Virus record (IMG/VR): IMGVR_UViG_3300006930_000006 | DNA from: an uncultured virus (IMG/VR IMGVR_UViG_3300006930_000006) | Lineage: Duplodnaviria; Heunggongvirae; Uroviricota; Caudoviricetes | DNA: 64,000 nt | Direction: 5' to 3' (one strand) | Part shown: positions 42,947 to 53,751 of the stretch, in pieces | Layout: each line of letters opens with the position of its first letter | Position numbering within the stretch: position 1 is the stretch's first letter | Position numbers and translations under genes: made by a program | Notes under the pieces: generated by a model | What the model was told of the DNA's origin: nothing | Seen by the model: only the letters and a program-made list of their open reading frames with translations | Databases searched by the model: none

Positions 42947-43180
42947 TTAGTTAACTTTTAATTGTTCAACTAAACTAATAACATCTTTGACCGTTGTAAT
43001 ATGTTCAAGTTCTGCGTCTGGTATAATAATTCCGAATTGGTCTTCTAGTTTCATAGTCATTTCAACCATATCTAAACTATCAAAAGACAAAGATTCCAAT
43101 GTAGATTCTTCTGTAATAGTAGAACCTTCTGGACTTAATAACTTGATATTTTCTAATACTTGTTCTTTAATGATACTCAT
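42947..43180 (-). CDS. acpP: Acyl carrier protein
   Basis: DSLDMVEMTMKLEDQFGIIIPD..LEHITTVKD; phosphopantetheine Ser intact. Confidence 0.9.
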   Translation of the reverse strand: MSIIKEQVLENIKLLSPEGSTITEESTLESLSFDSLDMVEMTMKLEDQFGIIIPDAELEHITTVKDVISLVEQLKVN

Positions 43181-43181
43181 T

Positions 43182-43619
43182 CTATTTTTTTCCTAGTTCA
43201 TATTTTGACACTAACTTCCAGTTTGCCTTTTCGTTGTATGGTATTATCTTAATACCACGGGCACCTTCGGTTTCTTTTAATGTATAATTTTCACTAGGAA
43301 TAATACTGATTAGACCCCACTCAGCTAATAACTTAATAACACCATCGCGTCTTATTAAATCATTGTGGGTAAGTGTACATTCCTTTTTGTCCAAGAGAGT
43401 AAATAACTCTTTGAAATGTACAATAAAATACTTACTTTTTTCATTTACTTTTTTGTGTAATATGTGGCAAGATTGAGTTAATACCTTTTCTGCCTTTGAA
43501 GCTATACCAATACGTGTTAGAGTTTCACGTACTTTAAGAAAGCACTCTTCATCACTCAGTTCCACTTCCACCATCATCTCTGGTGTCCACATTACTATTT
43601 CGTCGTTTTCTACAAACAT
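43182..43619 (-). CDS. regA: Translational repressor RegA
   Basis: FLKVRETLTRIGIAS, QSCHILHK, IVHFKELF, W.LVSKY. Confidence 0.95.
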   Translation of the reverse strand: MFVENDEIVMWTPEMMVEVELSDEECFLKVRETLTRIGIASKAEKVLTQSCHILHKKVNEKSKYFIVHFKELFTLLDKKECTLTHNDLIRRDGVIKLLAEWGLISIIPSENYTLKETEGARGIKIIPYNEKANWKLVSKYELGKK

Positions 43620-43995
43620 TATCAGATATTCCTACATTATAAAAATCATTAAGTTCCTTCAAGTCTTCCTCAGATAAGAAAGTTAGCATCTCTCTTGCTC
43701 TGTTTATATTTACATTGAAGTATCTTGTTATATTATTTATATGAGCTTCTTTTTTGTCTGTCTTAAACCACTCACTACTGCGAAAACGACTTCTTACAAT
43801 GTTGAAATAAAAGTCATACTGGATCTTTTTTGGTAACTGCCAACAAATGTTCATTTCATTGGCATAGATGATAGTATCTGGAAAGAAACTCATAAATCTA
43901 TTTACCATAAATGGGTTATAATCTTTCTCTTCAAAATTATAAGCCTTCTTATAGGTTAGACTATTAATCATACTAAAGAGTTCATTTCCAGCCAT
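43552..43995 (-). CDS. gp62: Clamp loader small subunit (gp62)
   Basis: YNPFMVNR.MS.F.D, ANEMN, QYDFY; synteny with gp44/regA. Confidence 0.9.
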   Translation of the reverse strand: MAGNELFSMINSLTYKKAYNFEEKDYNPFMVNRFMSFFPDTIIYANEMNICWQLPKKIQYDFYFNIVRSRFRSSEWFKTDKKEAHINNITRYFNVNINRAREMLTFLSEEDLKELNDFYNVGISDNVCRKRRNSNVDTRDDGGSGTE

Positions 43996-45024
43996 ATTAT
44001 TAACCTTTCAAGTTTTTAATATAATCTAATGTATTTGCCAACTTAAAGAATCTATCATCACCAATTTTCATACCAGGAAAGCAACGCAAATCCATCAATG
44101 AAATACACATTTTATAAACACTACTATCAATACCTTTAACATCAGTATACTTGTCTTCTACACGAATATACTTTTTCTTATCTTTCTCTTCTACCATTTT
44201 TCTTACCTTTTCTTTTGTTTCAGTGTACCATTTTTGAAAAAAGACGAGCATTATCCCTCTCATATCTTTCTACACCAAATAACAGTTTAGACCACTTTTG
44301 TAAAGTCTTATAACCAAATCTGCGTTTTTCTTTGATTGTTAGTTTATCAATTATCTTAGTTTTGCTATCATAATCAATAATTATTCTTACTGGATTCTGT
44401 ACTCCCCGTGAAATGATTATAGAACCAGTAGACACATCTTTTATTCCTCTACAGAATATTGCTAACTCACCATCTTCCCCTAGATACCTTAGAACGGTGT
44501 CGTGCATAGAATCTAAATCGTTATCTACTGGTTCTTCATAATCCATCACTTATCTCCCAATCAAAGAAATATACGCAATCTGTTTCTTTTTAGATACTTT
44601 GGTTATATCTAACTTATTTACCTTGGCATCTTTTATAACTGTATCCAGTCTATATGAGCAATCGGTTTTACCAACTGGCTCAAACCAGAAATTGCCATTG
44701 GTCAAAGCAATTATAAAACCATCTTCGTTTCGTCCTTCTAGTCTTACAATCAATTTAACTAATATGTCAATCAATTTAAGCTTTAGACGGAGCATTATTT
44801 TTTAGCCTTTTTTGCTACTTTCTTTGGTGCTTTTTTAGCAGGTACAACTTCTTTAGTTTCTAAGATATATACCCTATCATAACCACGAAATACGAATTGT
44901 TCTTTCTTAACGAAAGGTCTTAATAACAAACCAAGAATAAACTCTTTTACTGGATTTGTTGTTTCTACTTCTACTAAATCAACTTTATTGTTAGACATCT
45001 TTATTTCCTTTTTTGTTGTTATTA

Positions 45025-45969
45025 CTAATTTACTTCTTTAAACTTAATACCTGTCATCACTTCTGTAAAGAAAGCCATTAAGTTTATTTCTTGGTCAGCC
45101 ACAAACGAAGACTTATATTGATATTCGTTTATAAGTAACCCAAGTGCTGGTATAGAACTTCTATCTACGGTTTCATAAGCAGAATCGTAAATCTGTCTTA
45201 AAATGATACCAACATCAGATAAATTGGATGCTGTCCATTTGCGAAGTTCTGTATAATTCTTTTTCCTTAATAAATCAATGATTTCATCAATTTTGGTGCT
45301 ATTAGTACTGGTTAGAATACCCGAATCTATTCTACCAAACTTAGCATATTTTTGAAGTTCGTTTAGAATTCTTCTATTGTCTGGATAATACTTTTTAATA
45401 AGTTCAACAAGTGCCGGGATTTCATATTCAACTTGTTCATCTTTTAATATGGTCTCTAGCCGTTTTACCAATTCAACCTTTAACTTCTTTTGTTCATCTT
45501 GTATAAAGATAAAGTCTACAGAAGAAAGTCTTGATTGTAATGGCTCAATAATTCTGTTTTTATAATTACAAGTAAAGATAAATCTACAAGTATTCGCGAA
45601 TTCGTCAATAAAAGCACGCATAGCAGATTGAGTAGTTGAAGTCAAGTTATCCGACTCATCTATAATAACTGCTTTTCTTCTACCATCAAAGGATACCGTG
45701 GAGCAAAATTGTCTTAATGTGTTTCTAATAACATCAATACCACGTTCTTCAGATCCATTGATAAAAATATATTCAAAATCAAGTTGGTCGCATAATGCTC
45801 TGGCAATAGTGGTCTTACCACAACCAGCGCCACCACTCAATAATAAGTGCGGGATATCATTTTTATCTACATAACTTTGGAATATCTGTTTGATATTCAA
45901 AGGTAAAATACAATCGTTCACATTTTTTGGTCTATACTTTTCAGTCCAGACCTTATTTTCAATTAACAT
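45025..45969 (-). CDS. gp44: Clamp loader large subunit (gp44)
   Basis: WTEKYRP, GGAGCGKT, IIDESD, LQSR. Confidence 0.96.
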   Translation of the reverse strand: MLIENKVWTEKYRPKNVNDCILPLNIKQIFQSYVDKNDIPHLLLSGGAGCGKTTIARALCDQLDFEYIFINGSEERGIDVIRNTLRQFCSTVSFDGRRKAVIIDESDNLTSTTQSAMRAFIDEFANTCRFIFTCNYKNRIIEPLQSRLSSVDFIFIQDEQKKLKVELVKRLETILKDEQVEYEIPALVELIKKYYPDNRRILNELQKYAKFGRIDSGILTSTNSTKIDEIIDLLRKKNYTELRKWTASNLSDVGIILRQIYDSAYETVDRSSIPALGLLINEYQYKSSFVADQEINLMAFFTEVMTGIKFKEVN

Positions 45970-45995
45970 AATATAACCTCTTCCCTATAAGACAC

Positions 45996-46018
45996 CGGGG
46001 TAGAGTTATTCTACCCCG
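45996..46018. terminator. Stem-loop between gp45 and gp44
   Basis: CGGGGTAGA...TCTACCCCG inverted repeat. Confidence 0.55.
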
Positions 46019-46032
46019 AATACTATATAATA

Positions 46033-46710
46033 CTATTCTTTACCGTATGAAGATCCGTTTTGTTCAATACCAATAAAGTATTGTTGAGTTGAAGTTGAGT
46101 TGTTAAGTTTTAACAAACCAGCTTTTGAGATTGATACAGAATAAGAATCTGGGATAAGTTTTAATAATTCTACTTTTACATAGAATTTGAAATCAACCCC
46201 TTGTGTATATTCACCAACTTCTAATGAGTAGTTATTGGTAGAATCCGTTGCTTTGTCAACAATTTTTAATACAACTTTACCATTTTCATTAGTAATTAAA
46301 ATATGTGGTAAGCCAAGGATACCAGCGAATTTTAGAATATCACCAAGTTGTTCTTTGGATAAATTAAAGTTAACTTCATAAGCAGGTTCGTTGATTTTCT
46401 TTGTTGCATATACAATAGATGCTTCAGCACAATAACCAATTTTAATGTTAGCTTTACCATCGGTCACCAATAAATGATTTTCATTAAAAGTAATGTCTGG
46501 TGCTTTGCAACTCGATAGAATACTTAAAAACAATGGTAAATCATAAAGAACTACCTTGTTTGGAAATACATCGTCAATAGCAGCATAAGAGATGATATTG
46601 CTTTCTTTGTTTTTAGTTTCCAATAGTTTAGTGTTAGCTTCAATTCTAATACCAGTATTGATTTGACTGTAGTTTTTTAGAATTGTTAGTGTTTTTTCTG
46701 TTAGTTTCAC
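46033..46710 (-). CDS. gp45: Sliding clamp (gp45)
   Basis: MKLTEKTLTILKNYSQIN, YDL..FL, LKLIP..Y.V; synteny. Confidence 0.93.
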   Translation of the reverse strand: MKLTEKTLTILKNYSQINTGIRIEANTKLLETKNKESNIISYAAIDDVFPNKVVLYDLPLFLSILSSCKAPDITFNENHLLVTDGKANIKIGYCAEASIVYATKKINEPAYEVNFNLSKEQLGDILKFAGILGLPHILITNENGKVVLKIVDKATDSTNNYSLEVGEYTQGVDFKFYVKVELLKLIPDSYSVSISKAGLLKLNNSTSTQQYFIGIEQNGSSYGKE

Positions 46711-47268
46711 GTTTCTCTCCGTTCTTTGTTATAACAAATTGGATATCACTATCCGTTTCTTAATGAGTATATACTACTCGTTAACCCTTTTGTAAAGCAC
46801 TTTTATAACATTATTTATGATATTGCTATAAAATGGATTGTGCGTTCTTAAAAAATAAGCTTCACACTTATTATAAGCAGAATTAAGTTCTGATACTTTT
46901 ACACAACCCCTTTGAATACTGTCAAATAAAGTTTGTATTTCTTTAATCACTTCCTCTTTGGTATAAGTGCCAGTACTTTTATTTTTTAACCCCGTATCCT
47001 CTACCAATGTGATAGAAGAATTATCTGTAAATGAATAGATACAGTATAGAATAGTATAATAATCGTCAATACCAAACTTTCTTGATAACTTAGTTGTGTG
47101 TTCTAAGGTTATATTAAAGATAGATCTTGTATTAGCTACTATACTTAGATGGTCACTATTATATATAATGTCAAGCAATACATAACAACCGTAGATACTA
47201 TCATATTCTAGTTTTTTTAACTCTTCATTAAAAAGTATTCTATTAACACGTTGTTTTAATGTCATAAT

Positions 47269-48825
47269 TTACCCCTTCTTATAGAACACAAATACTGGCT
47301 CATACTTATAGAACTTACCATCTAACTTGCAATGATTTTTATATGTTGGTAAACCAGTTTCTTTATCAACACCACTACCAGTTGGTTTTTGTGTCATAGC
47401 TGTTTTAATCTTACCTTTATATTCCATACCTAATTCATTAAGTATTCTAACAGTATCTTCTTCAAGTGGCAAATACTTACCATCAAAGGTAACCGCTGCA
47501 ATATTCCACAATAGGTATCTATTCGGGCGCAACCACTCATAACAAGTTGTCAAAGTAGGTTTCAGAAAACCCTCAACCCAGGCGTTATATTCTGGGAATT
47601 TCTTATGTGCTTGTGTTTCGCATTCACTATAAGCTTCCTTAGCAAAATATGGTGGACTTGTAAAGATTAAATCAATTTGACCTTTATATTTTTGAAACCG
47701 TTCTGATTTATGAATTTCTTCAGACCCCATTGTAAATATCTCATAAGTATTTTGAATCGCAAAGAACGGATTTGCCTTGGTTGTTCTCGTATTGATAAAA
47801 TCTGCTATCTGATGATACTTAGTATACAATGGTTCTGTTGTAATAACATTATCTGGATTAGGATCATTACCAATATAGTGCACTTTTCTATCATTTTTAA
47901 CACTCATAGCACCTGCGATACGACCACCCCAACCAGCACTTGGATCGTAGATATTAATAACTTCTTGGTCTTTGAATGATTCAGTAAACTTTTCGTATAG
48001 GTATTTTGCGCTTACAGGTGGATAATTTGTTGGAACTCTAATTGGACCAACTCTAAAGAATCTAAAACCACTAGGGAATATTCTTGCTTCGGCATCATAA
48101 TAACGAATATAATAAGTATCATATTCAGCACTTACTATACGTTTTGTTCTTTCTGGAACATTTAATTTACCAATTTCTTCTCTAGTGATGGTTAGAAAAC
48201 CTTCATTTTTGTTAGTTGTAATCGGTTGAAACCAGTATCCCTTTTTCTTTTCAGTCCAATATTCACGTGCTTCAAATTCATTTACCCAATCAGTAGCAGT
48301 TTTTGCAGTTGTAAATACAGCACCTTCTTTTATGTTTACAGACCAATTATACAAGCCGTCATTACGTATAATACTTTTGAAGTAATTGATCATACGTTCT
48401 AGATTGCTTTCTTCTGAGAATAATTGGTATACTGATTCACCATCTAGTTTATGTGAATCATTCATTTTAGTTTTTAATCTATTAAGAAACCATTGGTTGA
48501 TTCCATAACTGTGTGCCTTAGTATTTTTAAATACGTCCTTTTCACCAGTTAACTCATCAACTGTTTCAAATTGATAAACATCGATACCACTAACTTCATT
48601 TAATAACTCAACAACTTCATTTTCGGTGTAAGCTAATGTTGGTGGCAAATCTAATTTATCCCAGGCATAAACTATCTCTTTACGTACATCAATAGTCCAT
48701 TGTCTAAACTCATCATCATTTAACTTTAACAATTCATCAAAGGTAATGTTGATTTTTGAGTTTAGCAGATACTCATTTTTCTCAAAAAAGCCGTATTTGT
48801 TTAACATATTATATCTCTTTCTCAC
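47269..48825 (-). CDS. DNA amino-methyltransferase (m4C/m6A)
   Basis: YDPSAGWGGR SAM-binding motif and FTSPPYF catalytic motif. Confidence 0.85.
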   Translation of the reverse strand: MRKRYNMLNKYGFFEKNEYLLNSKINITFDELLKLNDDEFRQWTIDVRKEIVYAWDKLDLPPTLAYTENEVVELLNEVSGIDVYQFETVDELTGEKDVFKNTKAHSYGINQWFLNRLKTKMNDSHKLDGESVYQLFSEESNLERMINYFKSIIRNDGLYNWSVNIKEGAVFTTAKTATDWVNEFEAREYWTEKKKGYWFQPITTNKNEGFLTITREEIGKLNVPERTKRIVSAEYDTYYIRYYDAEARIFPSGFRFFRVGPIRVPTNYPPVSAKYLYEKFTESFKDQEVINIYDPSAGWGGRIAGAMSVKNDRKVHYIGNDPNPDNVITTEPLYTKYHQIADFINTRTTKANPFFAIQNTYEIFTMGSEEIHKSERFQKYKGQIDLIFTSPPYFAKEAYSECETQAHKKFPEYNAWVEGFLKPTLTTCYEWLRPNRYLLWNIAAVTFDGKYLPLEEDTVRILNELGMEYKGKIKTAMTQKPTGSGVDKETGLPTYKNHCKLDGKFYKYEPVFVFYKKG

Positions 48826-50519
48826 TTTATGTTGGTAAAACCATTTACTAACTGTACTTCAATAGCTCTTTCAAAGTTATCAAAAGCAGAACTATCTTTG
48901 TGCGTAATTATTATTGTATTAGTATTTTCCAATTTGTCAACTATATTTATTAGTTCCGTTGTAGCATTTGCATCTAAACTACCATCAAAAACTTCGTCCA
49001 TAATCAATAAATTGGTATTCTGAGTATTGCGATTTTTAGCAATCTCTCTCCAGGTAAACATTAAACTTAAATCAATTCTAGCTTTCTGTCCCTCTGAAAA
49101 GTTCTCGTAACTAAAAATATCACGATACCTTGACTTAATCTTTTCCTCAAAGTTTTCATCAAGAGTAAAGTTAACCGATAATCCAAACTTTGTCAAGTAC
49201 TCATTCATCAATTTATTAATTATTGGTATATACTTTTTAACAAGTTGATTTTTTACCCCAGAGTCACTAACCAAACTATTTACATAATCAAGATACTTCT
49301 TCTGCAAGACTAACTTATTCAGCACTTTTTCTTGTTCTTTAAGTTCTTCTTTTACTTTTTCCAAGTCATTTTTGTTTTCTTTCAACAACTTATCATTATT
49401 GTTTGGTTTTGATAACTCAACGTCTAACTGGAGTTTTAATCTATTTTGATAATTTATCTCGTTTTCATAGGCTGCAATGTCATTTTCTACTTTACTGTTT
49501 TCTCTTTCAACCAGTTCCCCTGCCCGTCTTTTTTCTAAAAGACCTTCTTTTTCGTTCTTTAATGTGTTAATTGAAACAGTTAACTCATCAATTTCAATCT
49601 TATAATTGGCAATAATACTAGTCCGATCCTTAATATCTTGTCCGCAAGTATTGCATTTTTCATTGTTCATAAAGAATTGCTGGTTCTTGTCCGTGGTCTT
49701 CAGTTTATATTCTAGTGTTGATAATTCCCTATCAAGAACTCCGATCCTATCAGATAACCCTTCTTTTGGTTCTGGTAATGGTTTTAATTTGGTCTTTAGA
49801 CTGTCAATTTGTATTAGATTCTTAGAAATGGTTTCTTCTATGGTTTTTATCTTATCTTTTAACTCAGAAGTATTCTTATCTTTAGTAACTTCCAGTGATT
49901 TAATAAAGTTTTCTATAAGTTTCTTTTTATCATTTAATTGATTGTTGGTTGCTTGTGAGTCTAGAACTTGTGTCTTATTGGTAGATATCTTTTCTTTAAG
50001 TACTTCTTTCATTTTAGAAAAGATTGATAAATCAAGGATATCTTCAATAATCTCTCTACGGTGTGCCAGTGGTAATCTCATAAATGGAATATAGTTGCCG
50101 GATCCTAGAACTACTAACTGCTGGAAAGACTTTTCATTAAGTCTAAGCACATTAGTTTCAAGATAGTTCTGAAAGTCCCGATTGTGGGATTCTTTGTCTA
50201 GTTCTTGTCCATTTACTATAATATCAAATACGGTTGGTTTAATACCTCTACGAATAGTATATTCTACATTATTTACAGTAAACTCAAGTTCTACCAAACA
50301 GTCCTTTTGATTGATTGAATTAATAATTTGAGATTTATTAACTGACTTATAAGGCTTATTGAATAGAGCAAAGTTTATAGCATCTAGAATAATAGCAGAC
50401 TTACCGCAGCCGTTACTACCAGATACTAAAGTCTTTCTGTGTGTATTCAAACTTATTTCAATAGGCCGATTACCTACCGAGAAGAAGTTCTTAACCGTTA
50501 CCTTCTTAAATACTATCAT
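48822..50519 (-). CDS. gp46: Recombination ATPase gp46 (Rad50/SbcC-like)
   Basis: KNFFSVGN, GSNGCGKS, CNTCGQ hook, FSEGQ, LIMDEVFD; start at 50519. Confidence 0.96.
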   Translation of the reverse strand: MIVFKKVTVKNFFSVGNRPIEISLNTHRKTLVSGSNGCGKSAIILDAINFALFNKPYKSVNKSQIINSINQKDCLVELEFTVNNVEYTIRRGIKPTVFDIIVNGQELDKESHNRDFQNYLETNVLRLNEKSFQQLVVLGSGNYIPFMRLPLAHRREIIEDILDLSIFSKMKEVLKEKISTNKTQVLDSQATNNQLNDKKKLIENFIKSLEVTKDKNTSELKDKIKTIEETISKNLIQIDSLKTKLKPLPEPKEGLSDRIGVLDRELSTLEYKLKTTDKNQQFFMNNEKCNTCGQDIKDRTSIIANYKIEIDELTVSINTLKNEKEGLLEKRRAGELVERENSKVENDIAAYENEINYQNRLKLQLDVELSKPNNNDKLLKENKNDLEKVKEELKEQEKVLNKLVLQKKYLDYVNSLVSDSGVKNQLVKKYIPIINKLMNEYLTKFGLSVNFTLDENFEEKIKSRYRDIFSYENFSEGQKARIDLSLMFTWREIAKNRNTQNTNLLIMDEVFDGSLDANATTELINIVDKLENTNTIIITHKDSSAFDNFERAIEVQLVNGFTNIK

Positions 50520-50764
50520 CTTTTGGTTCTTCTTTTGCTGGAGCAATAGCAGCGTCCAATTTTCTAACTGTATCAATAATTAGTTTGGTTGCATCGTCAT
50601 CACGAATATCAAGTAATGGAATAAAGCAAGAATATGCCCAGTTGATATTCTGGTTTGAAATAGTTATACCAGTTTCACTATTGATGGTTACGTTTAGATT
50701 TGGTTGATGTTCTTTTTCTTTATAACCTTCAATCATTAACTTTTGTACAAAAATAGTTTTCATT

Positions 50765-51772
50765 TTAGATTGTCTCCGCTTCTTGGTATATGTTAGTTAC
50801 TAATTTCTTTATAACGATTTTATCCAAAACCGTTTCACTTGCATCTATTACTTCTTTGATATATTGTAAAGTATCTACATTGTCAACATTTATTTCAACT
50901 TTTTCTAAAGAATTATCTGCATCGGATTCTATAACCGTAAGTTCCAACGGATTTTCATTATTTACATCAACTAACCATTTATCAAACTGTAATTGGTCAC
51001 GTTCAAACTTGGCATAAACTTTAACAATCTTATTCTTTACTGATACTGGTTCCATACCTTCTTCGTAAAAGATCTTACAGAATAATCTATGCTTATTCTC
51101 TACAAATTCTGCATTTTCTGTTTTAGTATCAAAGACATAGAATCCTTTTTTGGTTTGATAATCAGACCAAGTAATCTCATAAGGGGATCCAATATAATTC
51201 TTTCCGTGTAAATGATAATGTCCAGAATAGATCTGTCCGTATTTGGTAAGAATAGTATCTGACATACCAATTTCGGATTTTACTCCTGGACTGTATTCAT
51301 ATCCTTTTAACTCAAAGTGCCCGAATACAATCTTGGATTTAGATTGTTGAATAAAATCAATAGCATTCTGTTCGTTTATAATCCAAGGAATAAAGTCTAC
51401 TGGTAGGTCATCAAACTCTTTTGTGATAGGTTTATCTATTACATTAATGTTCTTATATAGATCCAAGATTTCTTTTAGGCTTGATACCACATTGGTATTC
51501 TTAAAATAGATATCGTGGTTACCCTCAATGATATCCATAGTAATTCCGTGCTTTTCTAACTTATCAAGGAATATGGTCTTTGTTTTATTTAATGTTAGAA
51601 AGTTTATATTCTTACGTTTATCAAAAAAGTCCCCGCAGTGTATTACTTGCTTGATATTATTCTTTTCTAAGTAATCAAAGAAGACCGTATAGAACTTATC
51701 AAAATAATCTAGCATACCCTGGTCGTCATTTTTAACACCAAAGTGAGTATCAGTTAGAACTGCTATCTTCAT
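50765..51772 (-). CDS. gp47: Recombination nuclease gp47 (Mre11/SbcD-like)
   Basis: TDTHFG, GDFFD, GNHD, GHFE, SGHYH; start at 51772. Confidence 0.96.
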   Translation of the reverse strand: MKIAVLTDTHFGVKNDDQGMLDYFDKFYTVFFDYLEKNNIKQVIHCGDFFDKRKNINFLTLNKTKTIFLDKLEKHGITMDIIEGNHDIYFKNTNVVSSLKEILDLYKNINVIDKPITKEFDDLPVDFIPWIINEQNAIDFIQQSKSKIVFGHFELKGYEYSPGVKSEIGMSDTILTKYGQIYSGHYHLHGKNYIGSPYEITWSDYQTKKGFYVFDTKTENAEFVENKHRLFCKIFYEEGMEPVSVKNKIVKVYAKFERDQLQFDKWLVDVNNENPLELTVIESDADNSLEKVEINVDNVDTLQYIKEVIDASETVLDKIVIKKLVTNIYQEAETI

Positions 51773-52274
51773 TGGATACCTCTTTTTTATCATTAGTCTC
51801 AATATAATTCTTGATAAACTCAACACAATCAAGGTTTATCTTTTTATAGTCATCGTGGTCTGATATGGTTACTAGACCGGATAAGAATTCGTTATCCTTC
51901 ATACACTCAACTTGGATATATCTTTGCTTCTTTTCTTTTTGAATATACCGAATAAAGGCATAGATGGCAATCTGAGTAAAGTAACTAAATGGTTCTTTAG
52001 ATTTGTTCGGGTCAAAGTTATTTACATATCTGATACATTGTTCTATGGCATAACCAATCATATCTTCGTTATAAGTATATCCACGAAACTTCCATAGTTT
52101 ACCTAGATTGGTGCAAATTAGAAGAATAGCCTTACCAATAGACTCTGGTACTCTTGGTAGTTCTTCATTTTTTTCTTTAGCTTCAAGCATCTTTTTATGG
52201 TAAATAACAAACTGTTGGTAGACTTTTTCTTTATCAAGGTAATTTCTACTTGTATCTTTTGGTGGTTTATTCAT
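51750..52274 (-). CDS. gp55: Late sigma factor gp55
   Basis: FRGYTYNEDMI, NFDPNKS..PFSYFTQI..YAFIR.IQKEKKQ. Confidence 0.96.
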   Translation of the reverse strand: MNKPPKDTSRNYLDKEKVYQQFVIYHKKMLEAKEKNEELPRVPESIGKAILLICTNLGKLWKFRGYTYNEDMIGYAIEQCIRYVNNFDPNKSKEPFSYFTQIAIYAFIRYIQKEKKQRYIQVECMKDNEFLSGLVTISDHDDYKKINLDCVEFIKNYIETNDKKEVSNEDSSSN

Positions 52275-53712
52275 TATCTGGCACTCTAATCTTCTTTATG
52301 TTATAATTATGTTTCTCTTCTGCATACATTTTAATACGTTCTATAAGGTGTTTCAAAGAAAAGTTCTTTCGTTTCGGTGTTCCTAAGTCGTCTGCGATAT
52401 CATATAAAGTTGCTACCTTGTCTTGATACTTTCTTAAAACACGTCCGATGCTTTGTAATACTTTAACACGGCTTTTATAAAAAGAGGCAAAGATAACATT
52501 GTGTAGATTCTTGATATTGATACCTTGCGAGAAAGTACCATAAGAAGCAACCAATATAACATCTTTATTCTTTTCCATATAAGCACGAATCTCTTCTCTT
52601 GGATCCACGTCTATTCCCCCGTCTATATAAAACACTTTGCGATCTGTATGTTCTTTTAATAAGTCATAAATTATCTTACCGTGTTCTATTCTAGTAAACA
52701 GTAATAAAGTATTTCCTTGTAATTGTAAAGCTAGATTTTTAATAAACTTGTTTCTTTGTTGATGTTGTAAAATATAGGTCATCTCTTCTTGATAATCCAT
52801 ATCTTGGACTAACTTACGATCCTTAGCAGGATATTCTAACAATAAGATATTGATATTTAATTTAGAAAGTATGTTATTGTCAATAGCATCTCTGGTCTTG
52901 GTAACTACTTTAATCGGTCCCATTAGTCCTTCTAATACCAACTGGTGTACATTACCTTTTTCTATATCTTTTAAAGTACCAGTAGTTCCAACACGAATAT
53001 ATGCACCTTCAAGATTCTCAAGTATTTTCTTGATGGACTTGGCATCTGCTCCGTGTGCTTCATCACAAACTACAGCCTGGAAGTCTTGAAAGTATTCTTT
53101 GGGTAATCTAAGTAAGGATTGATAAGTACTAATTGTAATAGATTTATCTGTTTCTTTCTCTTGTCCGGAGTAGATTTGATGTATATCTTTACCAATGGAA
53201 GGATCGTAGTCTATAAAGTCCTTGGTCATTTGTGATACTAATTGCACGGAAGGAACTATAATAAGTGTCTTTAGTTTGAATAACTTAACTATAAGATATA
53301 TAATCAATGACTTACCGGTGCCGGTTGGGGATACCAAAACTGCACGATGTTTATTAGCAACGTGATTAAGGGCATCTAATTGAAAATCGTATGGAGTTTT
53401 CTGTAGTTGTAGATTCTTTATGAAGTCATCGGTACTGATTGGATCTGGTTTAGAAAAGCCTTTGAAAGTAATTGGATAATCGTGTTCTTTGGCAAAAGCA
53501 TATAAATGATGTATTAGACCGGTGTATAGTTTACCTGTCTGAGCATTGAAAAGACGGATCTTACCGTCCCAGATTTTGTTCTTGAATAAAGGTGACCATC
53601 TAGCTGTTGGTGTAAAAAATGAAAAGTAATCTGATACTTCCATTATTACACAACGTTCTTCTATGGCTAACTTTGCCCAGACTTCATCTATTTTAGTTAC
53701 TGTTATCATCAA
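52267..53712 (-). CDS. uvsW: RNA-DNA/DNA-DNA helicase UvsW
   Basis: WDGKIRLF, SPTGTGKS, DEAH, TGT, GINIKNLHN, QSIGRVLR. Confidence 0.96.
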   Translation of the reverse strand: MMITVTKIDEVWAKLAIEERCVIMEVSDYFSFFTPTARWSPLFKNKIWDGKIRLFNAQTGKLYTGLIHHLYAFAKEHDYPITFKGFSKPDPISTDDFIKNLQLQKTPYDFQLDALNHVANKHRAVLVSPTGTGKSLIIYLIVKLFKLKTLIIVPSVQLVSQMTKDFIDYDPSIGKDIHQIYSGQEKETDKSITISTYQSLLRLPKEYFQDFQAVVCDEAHGADAKSIKKILENLEGAYIRVGTTGTLKDIEKGNVHQLVLEGLMGPIKVVTKTRDAIDNNILSKLNINILLLEYPAKDRKLVQDMDYQEEMTYILQHQQRNKFIKNLALQLQGNTLLLFTRIEHGKIIYDLLKEHTDRKVFYIDGGIDVDPREEIRAYMEKNKDVILVASYGTFSQGINIKNLHNVIFASFYKSRVKVLQSIGRVLRKYQDKVATLYDIADDLGTPKRKNFSLKHLIERIKMYAEEKHNYNIKKIRVPDNE

Positions 53713-53751
53713 AACCCGCCGGGGAGCAAATTAAATCGGTTATGCGAAGCA

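Noticed and set aside
4255..43180. Host DNA contamination explaining groEL, lpxC, acp and gapR
   Set aside because: The genes share phage composition and operon context, groEL and hsp20 have T4 late promoters, and lpxC and groEL show the same CATG avoidance
479..53089. Numerous plus-strand ORFs in the track (e.g. 34187..34507, 34511..34948, 37952..38347, 49606..49941)
   Set aside because: Antisense shadows of well-supported minus-strand genes, with biased Ser/Ile/Leu/Phe composition
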